DNA from: Candidatus Methanarcanum sp.
Lineage (GTDB): Archaea > Thermoplasmatota > Thermoplasmata > Methanomassiliicoccales > Methanomethylophilaceae
Length of the DNA stretch: 64,000 bases
Reading direction: 5' to 3'
NCBI GenBank assembly: GCA_045600635.1
Contig: JAZRYJ010000011.1
Span: 18,440 to 82,439 of the forward strand
Shown here: one piece after another, positions 10,186 to 18,749 of the stretch
Layout of the letters: each line of letters begins with the position of its first letter
Position numbering within the stretch: the stretch's first letter is position 1
Translations under genes and position numbers: made by a program
The notes under the pieces: generated by a model
The model's input: the letters and a program-made list of their open reading frames with translations, nothing else
Databases searched by the model: none
Told to the model about the DNA's origin: nothing

Positions 10186-10871
10186 GATACGAAAGACAAC
10201 TGAAAATATTCGGTGCTGAGGGTCAGAAGAAGATAGAGTGTGCACATGTCGCCGTAGCAGGATGCGGTGGGCTCGGATGCAATGTGATCACAGAACTGGC
10301 ATTGGCAGGTGTCGGAAAGATGACTGTTATAGACTCAGATTACATCTCTGAAACCAATCTCAACAGACAATTCATCCATTGCGGACACGGAGGATCCAAA
10401 ACAGATTCTGTGAAGGAATGGCTGATGAAGATATCCAATTGCGATGTGAAAGCCATAAATGCCGAACTTACTGCTGAAAATGTCCTTGATTTCATATCTG
10501 ATGCGGATATAGTTGTGGATTGTCTTGACAACAACAGATCAAGAATCATACTCAATGATGGGATAATCAAAAAGAATGTCCCGTTGGTCCATGGAGGAGT
10601 GAACTCCACATTCGGACAGGTCACATTCATCATCCCCGGAAAAACACCATGCCTCTCATGTATCCTGGGAAAGGATTCCGATGATCACAGTTCCGTTTCA
10701 CCTGCAGTTGCAACTATTGCGTCGATACAGGCAATGGAAGTTCTGAAGTATATCACAGGGAAAGGGGAACTCCTGACCGGCAAATTGCTGACGATGGATC
10801 TCAACACAGATAGATTTGAAACGATTGAGATAAAGAAGAATGTTTCATGCGATTCATGTTCTGAATTGTAA
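10182..10871 (+). CDS. ThiF/MoeB/UbaA-family E1-like adenylyltransferase
   Basis: RYERQ, GCGGLG, NLNRQ, DCLDN, two Zn CxxC pairs (CLSC, CDSC). Confidence 0.92.
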   Translation: MRYERQLKIFGAEGQKKIECAHVAVAGCGGLGCNVITELALAGVGKMTVIDSDYISETNLNRQFIHCGHGGSKTDSVKEWLMKISNCDVKAINAELTAENVLDFISDADIVVDCLDNNRSRIILNDGIIKKNVPLVHGGVNSTFGQVTFIIPGKTPCLSCILGKDSDDHSSVSPAVATIASIQAMEVLKYITGKGELLTGKLLTMDLNTDRFETIEIKKNVSCDSCSEL

Positions 10872-11189
10872 TCAGATATGTTCATTTACGAAACCTATCT
10901 TCTTCTCGTCCTCTTCTCTCACAATCTCGGAAAGCAATTCTCTTGCATATTTTTCTGCTTTCACTCTGTCATTGAAGAAAAAGAACATCACCGAACCTGC
11001 AGGATATACAGTGACACATACATCCTTCCAGTCGAATTTCACAAATTGAGAATTCTTTGTGTATCTTGATTTCATCTCGGAATGCACTCTGTCGATATCG
11101 ACAGGTATCTTATGATCCGGTGTTAGAAGAAGATCCTGTCCCCCACACAGCCTGGTCACAGTGAATCTCAATCCAGAGAAATCTGCCAT
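10872..11189 (-). CDS. Small hypothetical protein with an LCGG motif; paralog of 53691-53957
   Basis: 105-aa ORF that aligns by eye with 53691-53957 (RFxVTRLCGG ... VTxYPxGxVMF ... DRxxAxxYA). Confidence 0.75.
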   Translation of the reverse strand: MADFSGLRFTVTRLCGGQDLLLTPDHKIPVDIDRVHSEMKSRYTKNSQFVKFDWKDVCVTVYPAGSVMFFFFNDRVKAEKYARELLSEIVREEDEKKIGFVNEHI

Positions 11190-11241
11190 AACACAATATC
11201 AGTCAGGACAATATTAATAGAAACGCTCCCATCAGGTAATC

Positions 11242-12144
11242 ATGCAACATATCAGAACCGGTAAGGTAAAGGAAGTTTACGCAGTCGATGACAACACATT
11301 GGAATTCGTTTTCACTGACAACATCAGTGTTTTCGACAAGATCATACCGTCACAGATCCCCCATAAAGGTGAGACACTCTGCAGGACTGCAAAATACTGG
11401 TTCACACTTCTTGAATCCAAAGGGATCAAGAACCACTTTGTAGAATACCTGCCCCCTAACAGGATGAGAGTGAAAAGATTCCAGATAATCGAGGATTACG
11501 ACAAGATTCACGAAGATACGAACAATTACCTCATTCCGCTGGAAGTCATCTGCAGACACTATGCGGCCGGTTCGCTGATGGATCGTATCAAAAACGGGAA
11601 GATCAAGGCTGAACAGCTCGGATTTCCGAAAGGACATGTAGTAAAATACGGTGAGAAATTGCCGTGCCCGTTCCTCGAGACCACAACGAAGCTCGAAGCT
11701 CATGACCGTGAACTTGATGAAACTGAGGCCAAGGACATCGCAGGACTTACAGACGCAGATTATAAAGAGATTCTTGACACCATTATCAAAGTTGACAGGA
11801 TCATAGAAGAAGAGGCTGCAAAAAGAAAGCTCATCCACTGCGACGGAAAGAAAGAATTCGGTTATGATAAAGACAGAAATCTCATGTTGATCGACACATT
11901 CGGAACACTTGATGAGGACAGATGGTGGGATTCAGATGAATACGCCAAAGGCAACGTCGTAGAACTTTCGAAGGAATTCGTCAGACAGTACTACCGTGAG
12001 ATAGGATATCATGCAAAACTAATGGAAGCACGTGAGAAAGGTCTTCCTGAACCCGATATACCTGCGCTCCCTCAGGACATAATCGACCGTGTGAGCAAAC
12101 TCTACACAGATATGTATGAGAGGATCACGGGAGAAAAGTTCTGA
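11242..12144 (+). CDS. purC: SAICAR synthetase
   Basis: TGKVKEVY, TDNISVFD, DGKKEFG, LIDTFGTLDEDRWW, LSKEFVRQY. Confidence 0.96.
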   Translation: MQHIRTGKVKEVYAVDDNTLEFVFTDNISVFDKIIPSQIPHKGETLCRTAKYWFTLLESKGIKNHFVEYLPPNRMRVKRFQIIEDYDKIHEDTNNYLIPLEVICRHYAAGSLMDRIKNGKIKAEQLGFPKGHVVKYGEKLPCPFLETTTKLEAHDRELDETEAKDIAGLTDADYKEILDTIIKVDRIIEEEAAKRKLIHCDGKKEFGYDKDRNLMLIDTFGTLDEDRWWDSDEYAKGNVVELSKEFVRQYYREIGYHAKLMEAREKGLPEPDIPALPQDIIDRVSKLYTDMYERITGEKF

Positions 12145-12444
12145 TCAGACATAATGAATGATCACTACAATAAGCAGTGCTACGAACAGAACTGCCAGAA
12201 TGAGGCATCCGACCAGATACACTTTCGCTCTGGACGCATGCGCCTCATTCACGACAGGATGTGAATCCCTTCTCTGGAAATATGATTTCAATGTTATCCC
12301 GTTGACATAGAATGTCATCAGAACATTACCGCGATCATTGAAACCTCTGCTTCTGACGTCATACCCCATATATGCCACATAAGATAATATCGCAAGAACA
12401 AGAACAATCATCAAAGATGCTATGTAGACAGGCAGGAAATCCAT
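12145..12444 (-). CDS. Small two-TM membrane protein
   Basis: Two hydrophobic stretches; last gene of the egsA-UPF0179 run. Confidence 0.65.
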   Translation of the reverse strand: MDFLPVYIASLMIVLVLAILSYVAYMGYDVRSRGFNDRGNVLMTFYVNGITLKSYFQRRDSHPVVNEAHASRAKVYLVGCLILAVLFVALLIVVIIHYV

Positions 12445-12448
12445 AATA

Positions 12449-12874
12449 TCACATCAGTTTAGAAAGGATCAGATCATCGCCGTACGGGCAATCTATCTCT
12501 CCGAGGTCCTTTTCGATCTTCAGCTTATCGCCGGACTTGATGCCTATAGGATGGCATTCACCGTAATGTTCACAGCTCATTCTTTCACAATCGACACCTT
12601 CGTATGTTATTAAGCTGCCTTCTATGGCCGTTTTCTTGGGTATGGTTGCTATGGTCGGGATCTTCATTATCTCCACGACCCTTACACCGCCTTCATGAAA
12701 ATCACAATCATGATGCGTGTCTCTCACACTGGTGATCTCATATTGATGTCCTGCTTCAAGATTGAAGCAGACTGTTCTGAGTTTGCATTCCCTGCATTCC
12801 AGTTGCGGACCCATGTAGTAGAACCTGTTCCCGACACGGGCCTGTGTCTCACCTACCAATGTGATCATCACCAT
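12449..12874 (-). CDS. UPF0179-family archaeal protein
   Basis: ITLVG, CRECKLRTVC, HHDCDFHEGGVRVVEI, second Cys cluster. Confidence 0.88.
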   Translation of the reverse strand: MVMITLVGETQARVGNRFYYMGPQLECRECKLRTVCFNLEAGHQYEITSVRDTHHDCDFHEGGVRVVEIMKIPTIATIPKKTAIEGSLITYEGVDCERMSCEHYGECHPIGIKSGDKLKIEKDLGEIDCPYGDDLILSKLM

Positions 12875-13938
12875 CAGATCACTCCGGTGGTCTTCGCAAT
12901 AACTTCGGCAGTGCTCTTATTGATGCCTCTGTCCCCGAGTATGGTAAATCTGTCCTTTCTTATGTTGTGTGCTTCCAATAATGCATCGATAACATCAGAA
13001 TCGCTTATACCGAGTTCTTTAGCTGTCGTCGGGGCACCGATGTTCTTCAGAGCACATTTTATCTTCTTCCAATCTCCGCCGTGAAGGTACATCATCATTA
13101 TGGTCCCTACGCCGCATTGTTCTCCGTGCAATGCATTACTCGGATGGAGAATATCCAACGCATGTGAGAACATATGTTCCGCACCGCTCGTCGGCCTTGA
13201 ACTTCCTGCTACGGCCATCGAGATTCCTGAGATTATTATTGGTCTGATTGCAAGCCATATGCTCTCTTCCAATCCCGGTTTGATGAATTGAGAACCATCG
13301 ATGATTGTATTGGCGGCCATCTCAGCCAATGCATACGCAGATGAGCTGAATGCTTCGTTCTTGATCCTTCTGGCGAAATCCCAGTCCTTCAATGCGGTTT
13401 TGTTGGATATGACATCCGCACAACCGGCAGCCAAGAATCTGTACGGTGAATTTAGAATTACACCTGAATCTGCAAGTATACCAAGAGGAGATACGGCATC
13501 TACAGATTTCGGACCTATGTCCTCTTTCAACGATGCCCTTCCTGATGCGATTCCGTCGTGAGCGACAGAAGTTGGAATACTGATGAACGGGACCTTACAT
13601 TCAAATGCGACAAGTTTCGCTACATCGATCTTACTGCCGCCACCGACAGCAAGAATGAATTGCGATTTCGTTTCCTTGCAGAAATCAACTCCGCTGTCAA
13701 CATTGGCCTTGGTAGCATTCGTAGTCTTGAATACAGAAACATCGTATTTCCCGTCACTCATATATTCCTCTACCAATTTTCCGGCAACTGAATATGTTGT
13801 GTCCCCTGTGACGATCATTCCATTCTTGGAGAAATAGAATTCATCGCACATTCCGGCGATCTGATGGAGTGTGTCATGTCCTACAAGGATCTTCCTCGGG
13901 AACACCATCTCCTTTGATTTTGAGAAGTTCTCGTCCGT
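12874..13938 (-). CDS. egsA: sn-glycerol-1-phosphate dehydrogenase. ATG at 13908, but a probable ACG start at 13938 (see findings).
   Basis: GGGSKIDVAK, PTSVAHDGIAS, SGAEHMFSHALD, HGEQCG. Confidence 0.96.
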   Translation of the reverse strand, partial: TDENFSKSKEMVFPRKILVGHDTLHQIAGMCDEFYFSKNGMIVTGDTTYSVAGKLVEEYMSDGKYDVSVFKTTNATKANVDSGVDFCKETKSQFILAVGGGSKIDVAKLVAFECKVPFISIPTSVAHDGIASGRASLKEDIGPKSVDAVSPLGILADSGVILNSPYRFLAAGCADVISNKTALKDWDFARRIKNEAFSSSAYALAEMAANTIIDGSQFIKPGLEESIWLAIRPIIISGISMAVAGSSRPTSGAEHMFSHALDILHPSNALHGEQCGVGTIMMMYLHGGDWKKIKCALKNIGAPTTAKELGISDSDVIDALLEAHNIRKDRFTILGDRGINKSTAEVIAKTTGVI

Positions 13939-14025
13939 CTGATTCCTCCCCTTTTCCCCCTCTATGCTCTTAACTAATATAACTTAATGGTCAACTTTAA
14001 TACTGTTCAGGACTATTAAGATGCA

Positions 14026-14577
14026 ATGAAGGTCGTTATTGTTGTCGGAAGCGCTGATTTACACGGCAACACTGAATTACAGTGTCAATCACTTGAAGAT
14101 TCGTTGAAAGAATCAGGTTTCGATGTAGAGAAGATAAGATTGGCAGATCTTTCCATATGTCATTGCAACGGATGCAATAAATGCATAGACACAAACAGAT
14201 GCTGTATCGATGACGATATGAAGGTCGTTTACAACGCATTCGATGAATCGGATGTCTTCATATTGTCTACACCTGTGTATTTCTCAGGACCGTCATCGAT
14301 ACTCAAACAAATGATCGACAGATTCCAATGCAGATGGGTATCCAAAAATGAATCGCCTTCAGGAAAAAAGATCGCTTTGCTGTGTAACGGAGGTTCTGAT
14401 GATCCCAGATTCGAGAATGTGATCTCCATATGCAGAGCATTCACATTCTCCACTCGCAGCGAGTGGATCGGAGAATCGCTTGTGAGCGGCACTGATAAAG
14501 AGGATACTTCCGAACTCTCCAGGTCCGCATACAAATTCGGAAAGCTTCTGACGGACAAGCTCACTGAAGATCTGTGA
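14026..14577 (+). CDS. Iron-sulfur flavoprotein (Isf/flavodoxin family)
   Basis: GS...GNT, CNGCNKC..C motif, STPVYFSG. Confidence 0.88.
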   Translation: MKVVIVVGSADLHGNTELQCQSLEDSLKESGFDVEKIRLADLSICHCNGCNKCIDTNRCCIDDDMKVVYNAFDESDVFILSTPVYFSGPSSILKQMIDRFQCRWVSKNESPSGKKIALLCNGGSDDPRFENVISICRAFTFSTRSEWIGESLVSGTDKEDTSELSRSAYKFGKLLTDKLTEDL

Positions 14578-15181
14578 ATGTCAACAACATCCCCATGTCC
14601 TCGAAGATGCTCTCATGAAATATCTTAGAATAAGGCATGGTGTATCCGTAACTGATCACTTCTTTCCAATCATCGTATGAGAGCGAACTGTCAGTGTCGA
14701 ATACCGCTATTCCCGGGAATCCGGCATCATGTATCGCATCGAACACATCTTTGACCGATCCCCCGCCGATAGGTTTTCCGTTTTGAATGAAGACTGCAGG
14801 GATGACAGAGTCAGACACCGACATTATATCATCAAGATCGATCGACGAACCCAATGTGTGGTATGGAAAGATCACCATGTCCGCATCTGTATTGAAAGCA
14901 TCGAAAACGTCTTCGGCACATTCGATGTGTGTGATGAACCAGACCTTGCTCCCACGATTCTTCAGATGCTTCAGCACAGTATCGTCTATCGTCCTGTTCT
15001 GAAGGCCGCTTACATCCATTATGAGCACGGGACATCTCCTGTTCGCTGACTGATATGGTTTCATGTATCTCGTCAATTGTCCGTTTATCTTCGGCACTCC
15101 TTTATCAAAATCTAATGTGCCAGTGTAGAGATTCTTATCTTTATCTGAGATCAAGGGCACTACCGGTATCTGCATATTCAC
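14561..15181 (-). CDS. Hypothetical protein, possible degenerate HisA/HisF-like barrel
   Basis: 206 aa with alternating beta/alpha pattern (VLIMDVSG, VWFIT, MVIFP, IAVFDTD); fold call is tentative. Confidence 0.5.
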   Translation of the reverse strand: MNMQIPVVPLISDKDKNLYTGTLDFDKGVPKINGQLTRYMKPYQSANRRCPVLIMDVSGLQNRTIDDTVLKHLKNRGSKVWFITHIECAEDVFDAFNTDADMVIFPYHTLGSSIDLDDIMSVSDSVIPAVFIQNGKPIGGGSVKDVFDAIHDAGFPGIAVFDTDSSLSYDDWKEVISYGYTMPYSKIFHESIFEDMGMLLTFTDLQ

Positions 15182-15741
15182 ATCTCAAGTTGAAATTCCA
15201 AAGCCTCAATGTAGTCTTTCACTGATTTTGAATCTCCGACCTGTTCAGGAGAAACACCGCACACAATTGAGCCGGAAAAGTCCAATACGCCCATGGATTT
15301 GACTGTATTTGTCAATCTTGCAAGTACCCCTCCGTACTTCATATTGCCGTCAGGTGCACCACAAGTGAGCAATATCGATGCTTTCTTAACATTTCCTATG
15401 TTGGCTGACATCTTTCCGTCTTTTATGGAGATCATTGCATACAACCTGTCAATAAATGTCTTCATCTGAGCACATTCTGCACCGAAATAGATCGGAGCTG
15501 CAAGGATCAATGCATCCGAATTTCTTATCTTGTCATACAGCTGGCACATATCATCGATCTGAGCACATCCGCCTGTTTTCTTACAGGACATACATGCTTT
15601 ACAGGCGTTGATATTCAGAAATGCTACATTGACAATCTCTGTTTCATAATTGATATTCTTATCATCGGCAATCATCTTTGAAATGGCTGCATCCACACCG
15701 TCCCTTCTTGGACTGCCGTTGATGATCAATAGCTTGCTCAT
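15178..15741 (-). CDS. Iron-sulfur flavoprotein (Isf/flavodoxin family), second copy
   Basis: NGSPRRDG, CKACMSC...C, AAPIYFG, MKTFIDR. Confidence 0.9.
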   Translation of the reverse strand: MSKLLIINGSPRRDGVDAAISKMIADDKNINYETEIVNVAFLNINACKACMSCKKTGGCAQIDDMCQLYDKIRNSDALILAAPIYFGAECAQMKTFIDRLYAMISIKDGKMSANIGNVKKASILLTCGAPDGNMKYGGVLARLTNTVKSMGVLDFSGSIVCGVSPEQVGDSKSVKDYIEALEFQLEM

Positions 15742-15791
15742 ATTCTCCGTATCGTTAACATATATAATAATGAAAACCTATCACAAACACG

Positions 15792-16052
15792 ATGCTGGAA
15801 CTTGAATTAAAAGCAGATTATGGTGATGAAAGAACAGCTAAATCCGTTCTATTGGCACTTGAACCCGACAATAAAGGATATGTCGAATCCAGATTAGACG
15901 GCAGAACGATTGTGTTCAAAATCAAAGCGGATGATGCAGGCAGTATGAAGAATACAGCAGATGATCTACTGGCCTGTATAAAGATCGCTGAGAGTGCTTC
16001 AGGACTCGTCGTCCCCACTTCTCACCTTGATGGCGATTCCCTTCTTGAATGA
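15792..16052 (+). CDS. pcc1: KEOPS complex subunit Pcc1
   Basis: 86 aa; A.SVLLALEPDN ... IKADDAGSMKNTADDLLACIKIAE pattern. Confidence 0.82.
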   Translation: MLELELKADYGDERTAKSVLLALEPDNKGYVESRLDGRTIVFKIKADDAGSMKNTADDLLACIKIAESASGLVVPTSHLDGDSLLE

Positions 16053-17927
16053 TTTTATCTCATCGAATGTCAGGATTGCACGTCCGGTCGCCAGGAAATT
16101 GTCATCCCTGTCGACAATTATGACCTCTTCCATAGGTCTTATCTCAGCATCCATATCGATAACGAACTGACAGAACATATTCCTGCCTTTAGAAACAAAC
16201 GGTATAGCATCATCCATCGAGATGCATCTCATCTGCGGAGAAGGTAATTTCTCAAGTATCCTCTTCGCACCTTCAGGCCTCAGTGTGTACAATCCATCAG
16301 GAGCTCTGAGTGATAGAACATGCTCTCCATCAGAGATAACATTCCTGATCTTGCCTGTTTTCCTGCTGATAACAAGTTCGATCTTTCCCCTGAACAATGC
16401 CTCAGCGGCCTCTTTTCCGAACTGATATGCTGCAGTAGCTTTGGCTTTGAGTTTATTCGCATCATATTCGATATTTCCTGCCTCGATATCCCCTTGATTC
16501 CTGACCTCTTTGAATCCTTTCTTCTTAAGGAATTCTTCCGTCATCTCATCCACATCTACTTCTGTTTCAAGATCGGAAATCTTCGGGAACAATGACTGTG
16601 ACAATGGATACACTTCATCCAAATCCGCAGGCACGGGGCCGAAAGGCGATATCACTATCGGAGTATATCCCGCAGTCCTCACCCTGTTGAAATCTGAAAC
16701 ATAATGTCTGCTGTACGGCTTATCTGAATCTTTGAAGATCGCAGCTTTATCTGTGGGTGGGTCGTAATTCTCCATAAGTCTTCTGTAATATCTCAGGAAT
16801 ATGGGCCTGGATCTGGATTCCGAACCTGTATAGAAGAAGGCAGCGTCACGGCTTATCGGTTCGGTCCTCTCGAGGAATGCCTGATGTTCCTTCAGTCTTC
16901 TCAATCCGTTCAGCAGTTCCGGATGTGCTCTGCACCTCATCTCTGCAAGATCCCATAACCTTCCTTCTCTGAGATATCTTTTCACAAGTGACAGCTCGCT
17001 TGTTATCTGATACAGATTATGTCTTGCAATAAGCTTCTCTCTGTTCTCCTTGCTCATCTTCTTTATCGATTCCAGAGTGTACCCTCTGCATGCCGGACAA
17101 TTGCAGTCCAATGCCTGCATATCTGCGATACGGTATGTCCCGTCGATGAACATGAATCTGTCATCCCTGGCGTATTTAGCGTATGAGGCTGAATCGAACA
17201 GATCGCATCCTAACAACGTAGCGAATGCGAGTATCATCGGATGACCGGCACCGAAAAGATGCACTGGGCGATTCGGATTGAGGCCTTTCTTGGATGCAAT
17301 GATCACATCGACAAGTTCAGTATATCTGTACTGCTCCATCAGAGGGACGACTCCTCCGATAGGGTGCACATCCACATCCATGACTGCCATCTGTCTTGCA
17401 CAATCCTCTCTCAGGTCTGAATATATGGATCCCTGAACGACTCCGTTGATCATCATATCGCCCTTGATGTCGCAGGCATGTTTCGTCCTAACCATCGTCT
17501 CTTTTATCGATTCTGCCGTCTCTTCTTTCGTCCAGAACGGTTCTGTGAAAATGTCAAGGACCGTACCGATGTCTGTCCCGATGGTCTTCTGGAACTCCAC
17601 CATCTCGTCGTTGGTCACCTCGACCTCTCCGTACATATGACTCTGGAACGTTCCGGAATCCGTCATTATGACTCCAGGAAAATCGAGCATCTTGTGCAGA
17701 CCTTCGGCCTGTGCTCTCTCTTTCAGAGAAGGATTGTTCTTTATGATGTACGAATTTGTTATCAATGCTCTGAACCCGAATTCATCATAGAGTTCTCTGG
17801 GCGCCACAGTGTTTATCTTAGGATTGACGACCGGCAATAATGCAGGTGTCTCAAGCACGATACCTGATTTGGTTTCGAACTTACCCAATCTGGCAAGCCC
17901 GTCCCTCTTAATGATCTCGAACATCAA
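15999..17927 (-). CDS. tgtA: Archaeosine tRNA-guanine(15) transglycosylase with C-terminal PUA domain
   Basis: DGLARLG, MTDSGTFQ, PIGGVVPLME, HLFGAGHP, DLFDSASY, Zn CNCPAC..HN, PUA end. Confidence 0.96.
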   Translation of the reverse strand: MMFEIIKRDGLARLGKFETKSGIVLETPALLPVVNPKINTVAPRELYDEFGFRALITNSYIIKNNPSLKERAQAEGLHKMLDFPGVIMTDSGTFQSHMYGEVEVTNDEMVEFQKTIGTDIGTVLDIFTEPFWTKEETAESIKETMVRTKHACDIKGDMMINGVVQGSIYSDLREDCARQMAVMDVDVHPIGGVVPLMEQYRYTELVDVIIASKKGLNPNRPVHLFGAGHPMILAFATLLGCDLFDSASYAKYARDDRFMFIDGTYRIADMQALDCNCPACRGYTLESIKKMSKENREKLIARHNLYQITSELSLVKRYLREGRLWDLAEMRCRAHPELLNGLRRLKEHQAFLERTEPISRDAAFFYTGSESRSRPIFLRYYRRLMENYDPPTDKAAIFKDSDKPYSRHYVSDFNRVRTAGYTPIVISPFGPVPADLDEVYPLSQSLFPKISDLETEVDVDEMTEEFLKKKGFKEVRNQGDIEAGNIEYDANKLKAKATAAYQFGKEAAEALFRGKIELVISRKTGKIRNVISDGEHVLSLRAPDGLYTLRPEGAKRILEKLPSPQMRCISMDDAIPFVSKGRNMFCQFVIDMDAEIRPMEEVIIVDRDDNFLATGRAILTFDEIKSFKKGIAIKVRSGDDES

Positions 17928-17963
17928 TCGTTGATAGTGATGTTCTGTTTAAAGATATTGGAA

Positions 17964-18389
17964 TCAATCCTGTTTCACATCTATAAGATTGGATTGCACA
18001 TCGGCATACACTTTGGCGATGGCATTCTTCATAAGAACGTCGGGGATGTCCTCTACATAATTCTCATCCCAATCCAATGAAGGACGCTCGATTGATATCG
18101 GTTTGACTTTTCCGTCACAACCACATGTGTCTTCTTCGGGTTCAGGGATGACGATGTGCAACCCATCTAATATTTTGTTAATGAGTTTTCCATTGATGTA
18201 TACTGCATTCGGACCTTTATCGACATTGATTTTCTTGTATCCTACGGAAATGTCCGCCATCTCCATTTCAAGGACCAGAGTTCTGATGTATGTATCGAAC
18301 TCTTCAACGGACTTACGCCTGATTTCAACTTTCTGATCCACTTCTTCAGATACTCTGTATTCTATGTCGATCATTCCCATCAATATCAC
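17964..18389 (-). CDS. Hypothetical protein (possibly DUF2703/thioredoxin-like)
   Basis: NAVYING, CGC, IPDVLMKNAI pattern; family call tentative. Confidence 0.5.
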   Translation of the reverse strand: MILMGMIDIEYRVSEEVDQKVEIRRKSVEEFDTYIRTLVLEMEMADISVGYKKINVDKGPNAVYINGKLINKILDGLHIVIPEPEEDTCGCDGKVKPISIERPSLDWDENYVEDIPDVLMKNAIAKVYADVQSNLIDVKQD

Positions 18390-18685
18390 ATCGATGATCT
18401 TTCTTCTTTACCGGCTGTCTTGGATTCTTCGATCAACTTCTCGTATTCCTCGATTTTGGCCTTGGCTTCGTCGATTTCTTTAACGAGTTTCATGACCTCA
18501 TCGTTCTTTACATCCCCGCCGATGCTGATGGCATTGTATGTCAATTCACCGATCTGACTCTTTTTCTCTTTTATGGTGCTCTTTTCTTCAGAGATCTTCA
18601 GCTTGTACTTTCCGACATCTACTTCTTCGCCGAGTTTGCTGTCCGCTTTCTTCATTGCTGATTTTGCCTTATCTAATAGACCCAT
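18386..18685 (-). CDS. Small coiled-coil protein
   Basis: MGLLDKAK..., Lys/Glu-rich heptads. Confidence 0.7.
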   Translation of the reverse strand: MGLLDKAKSAMKKADSKLGEEVDVGKYKLKISEEKSTIKEKKSQIGELTYNAISIGGDVKNDEVMKLVKEIDEAKAKIEEYEKLIEESKTAGKEERSSM

Positions 18686-18719
18686 GGTTGGTGAATTGCA
18701 TAAAATGATTTTAAAGTTT

Positions 18720-18742
18720 GGAGAAGGGGTTGTCCCCTCCTT
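18720..18742. terminator. Stem-loop downstream of the adhesin-like gene
   Basis: AGGGG-TTGT-CCCCT core with imperfect extension. Confidence 0.35.
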
Positions 18743-18749
18743 AAAACGT

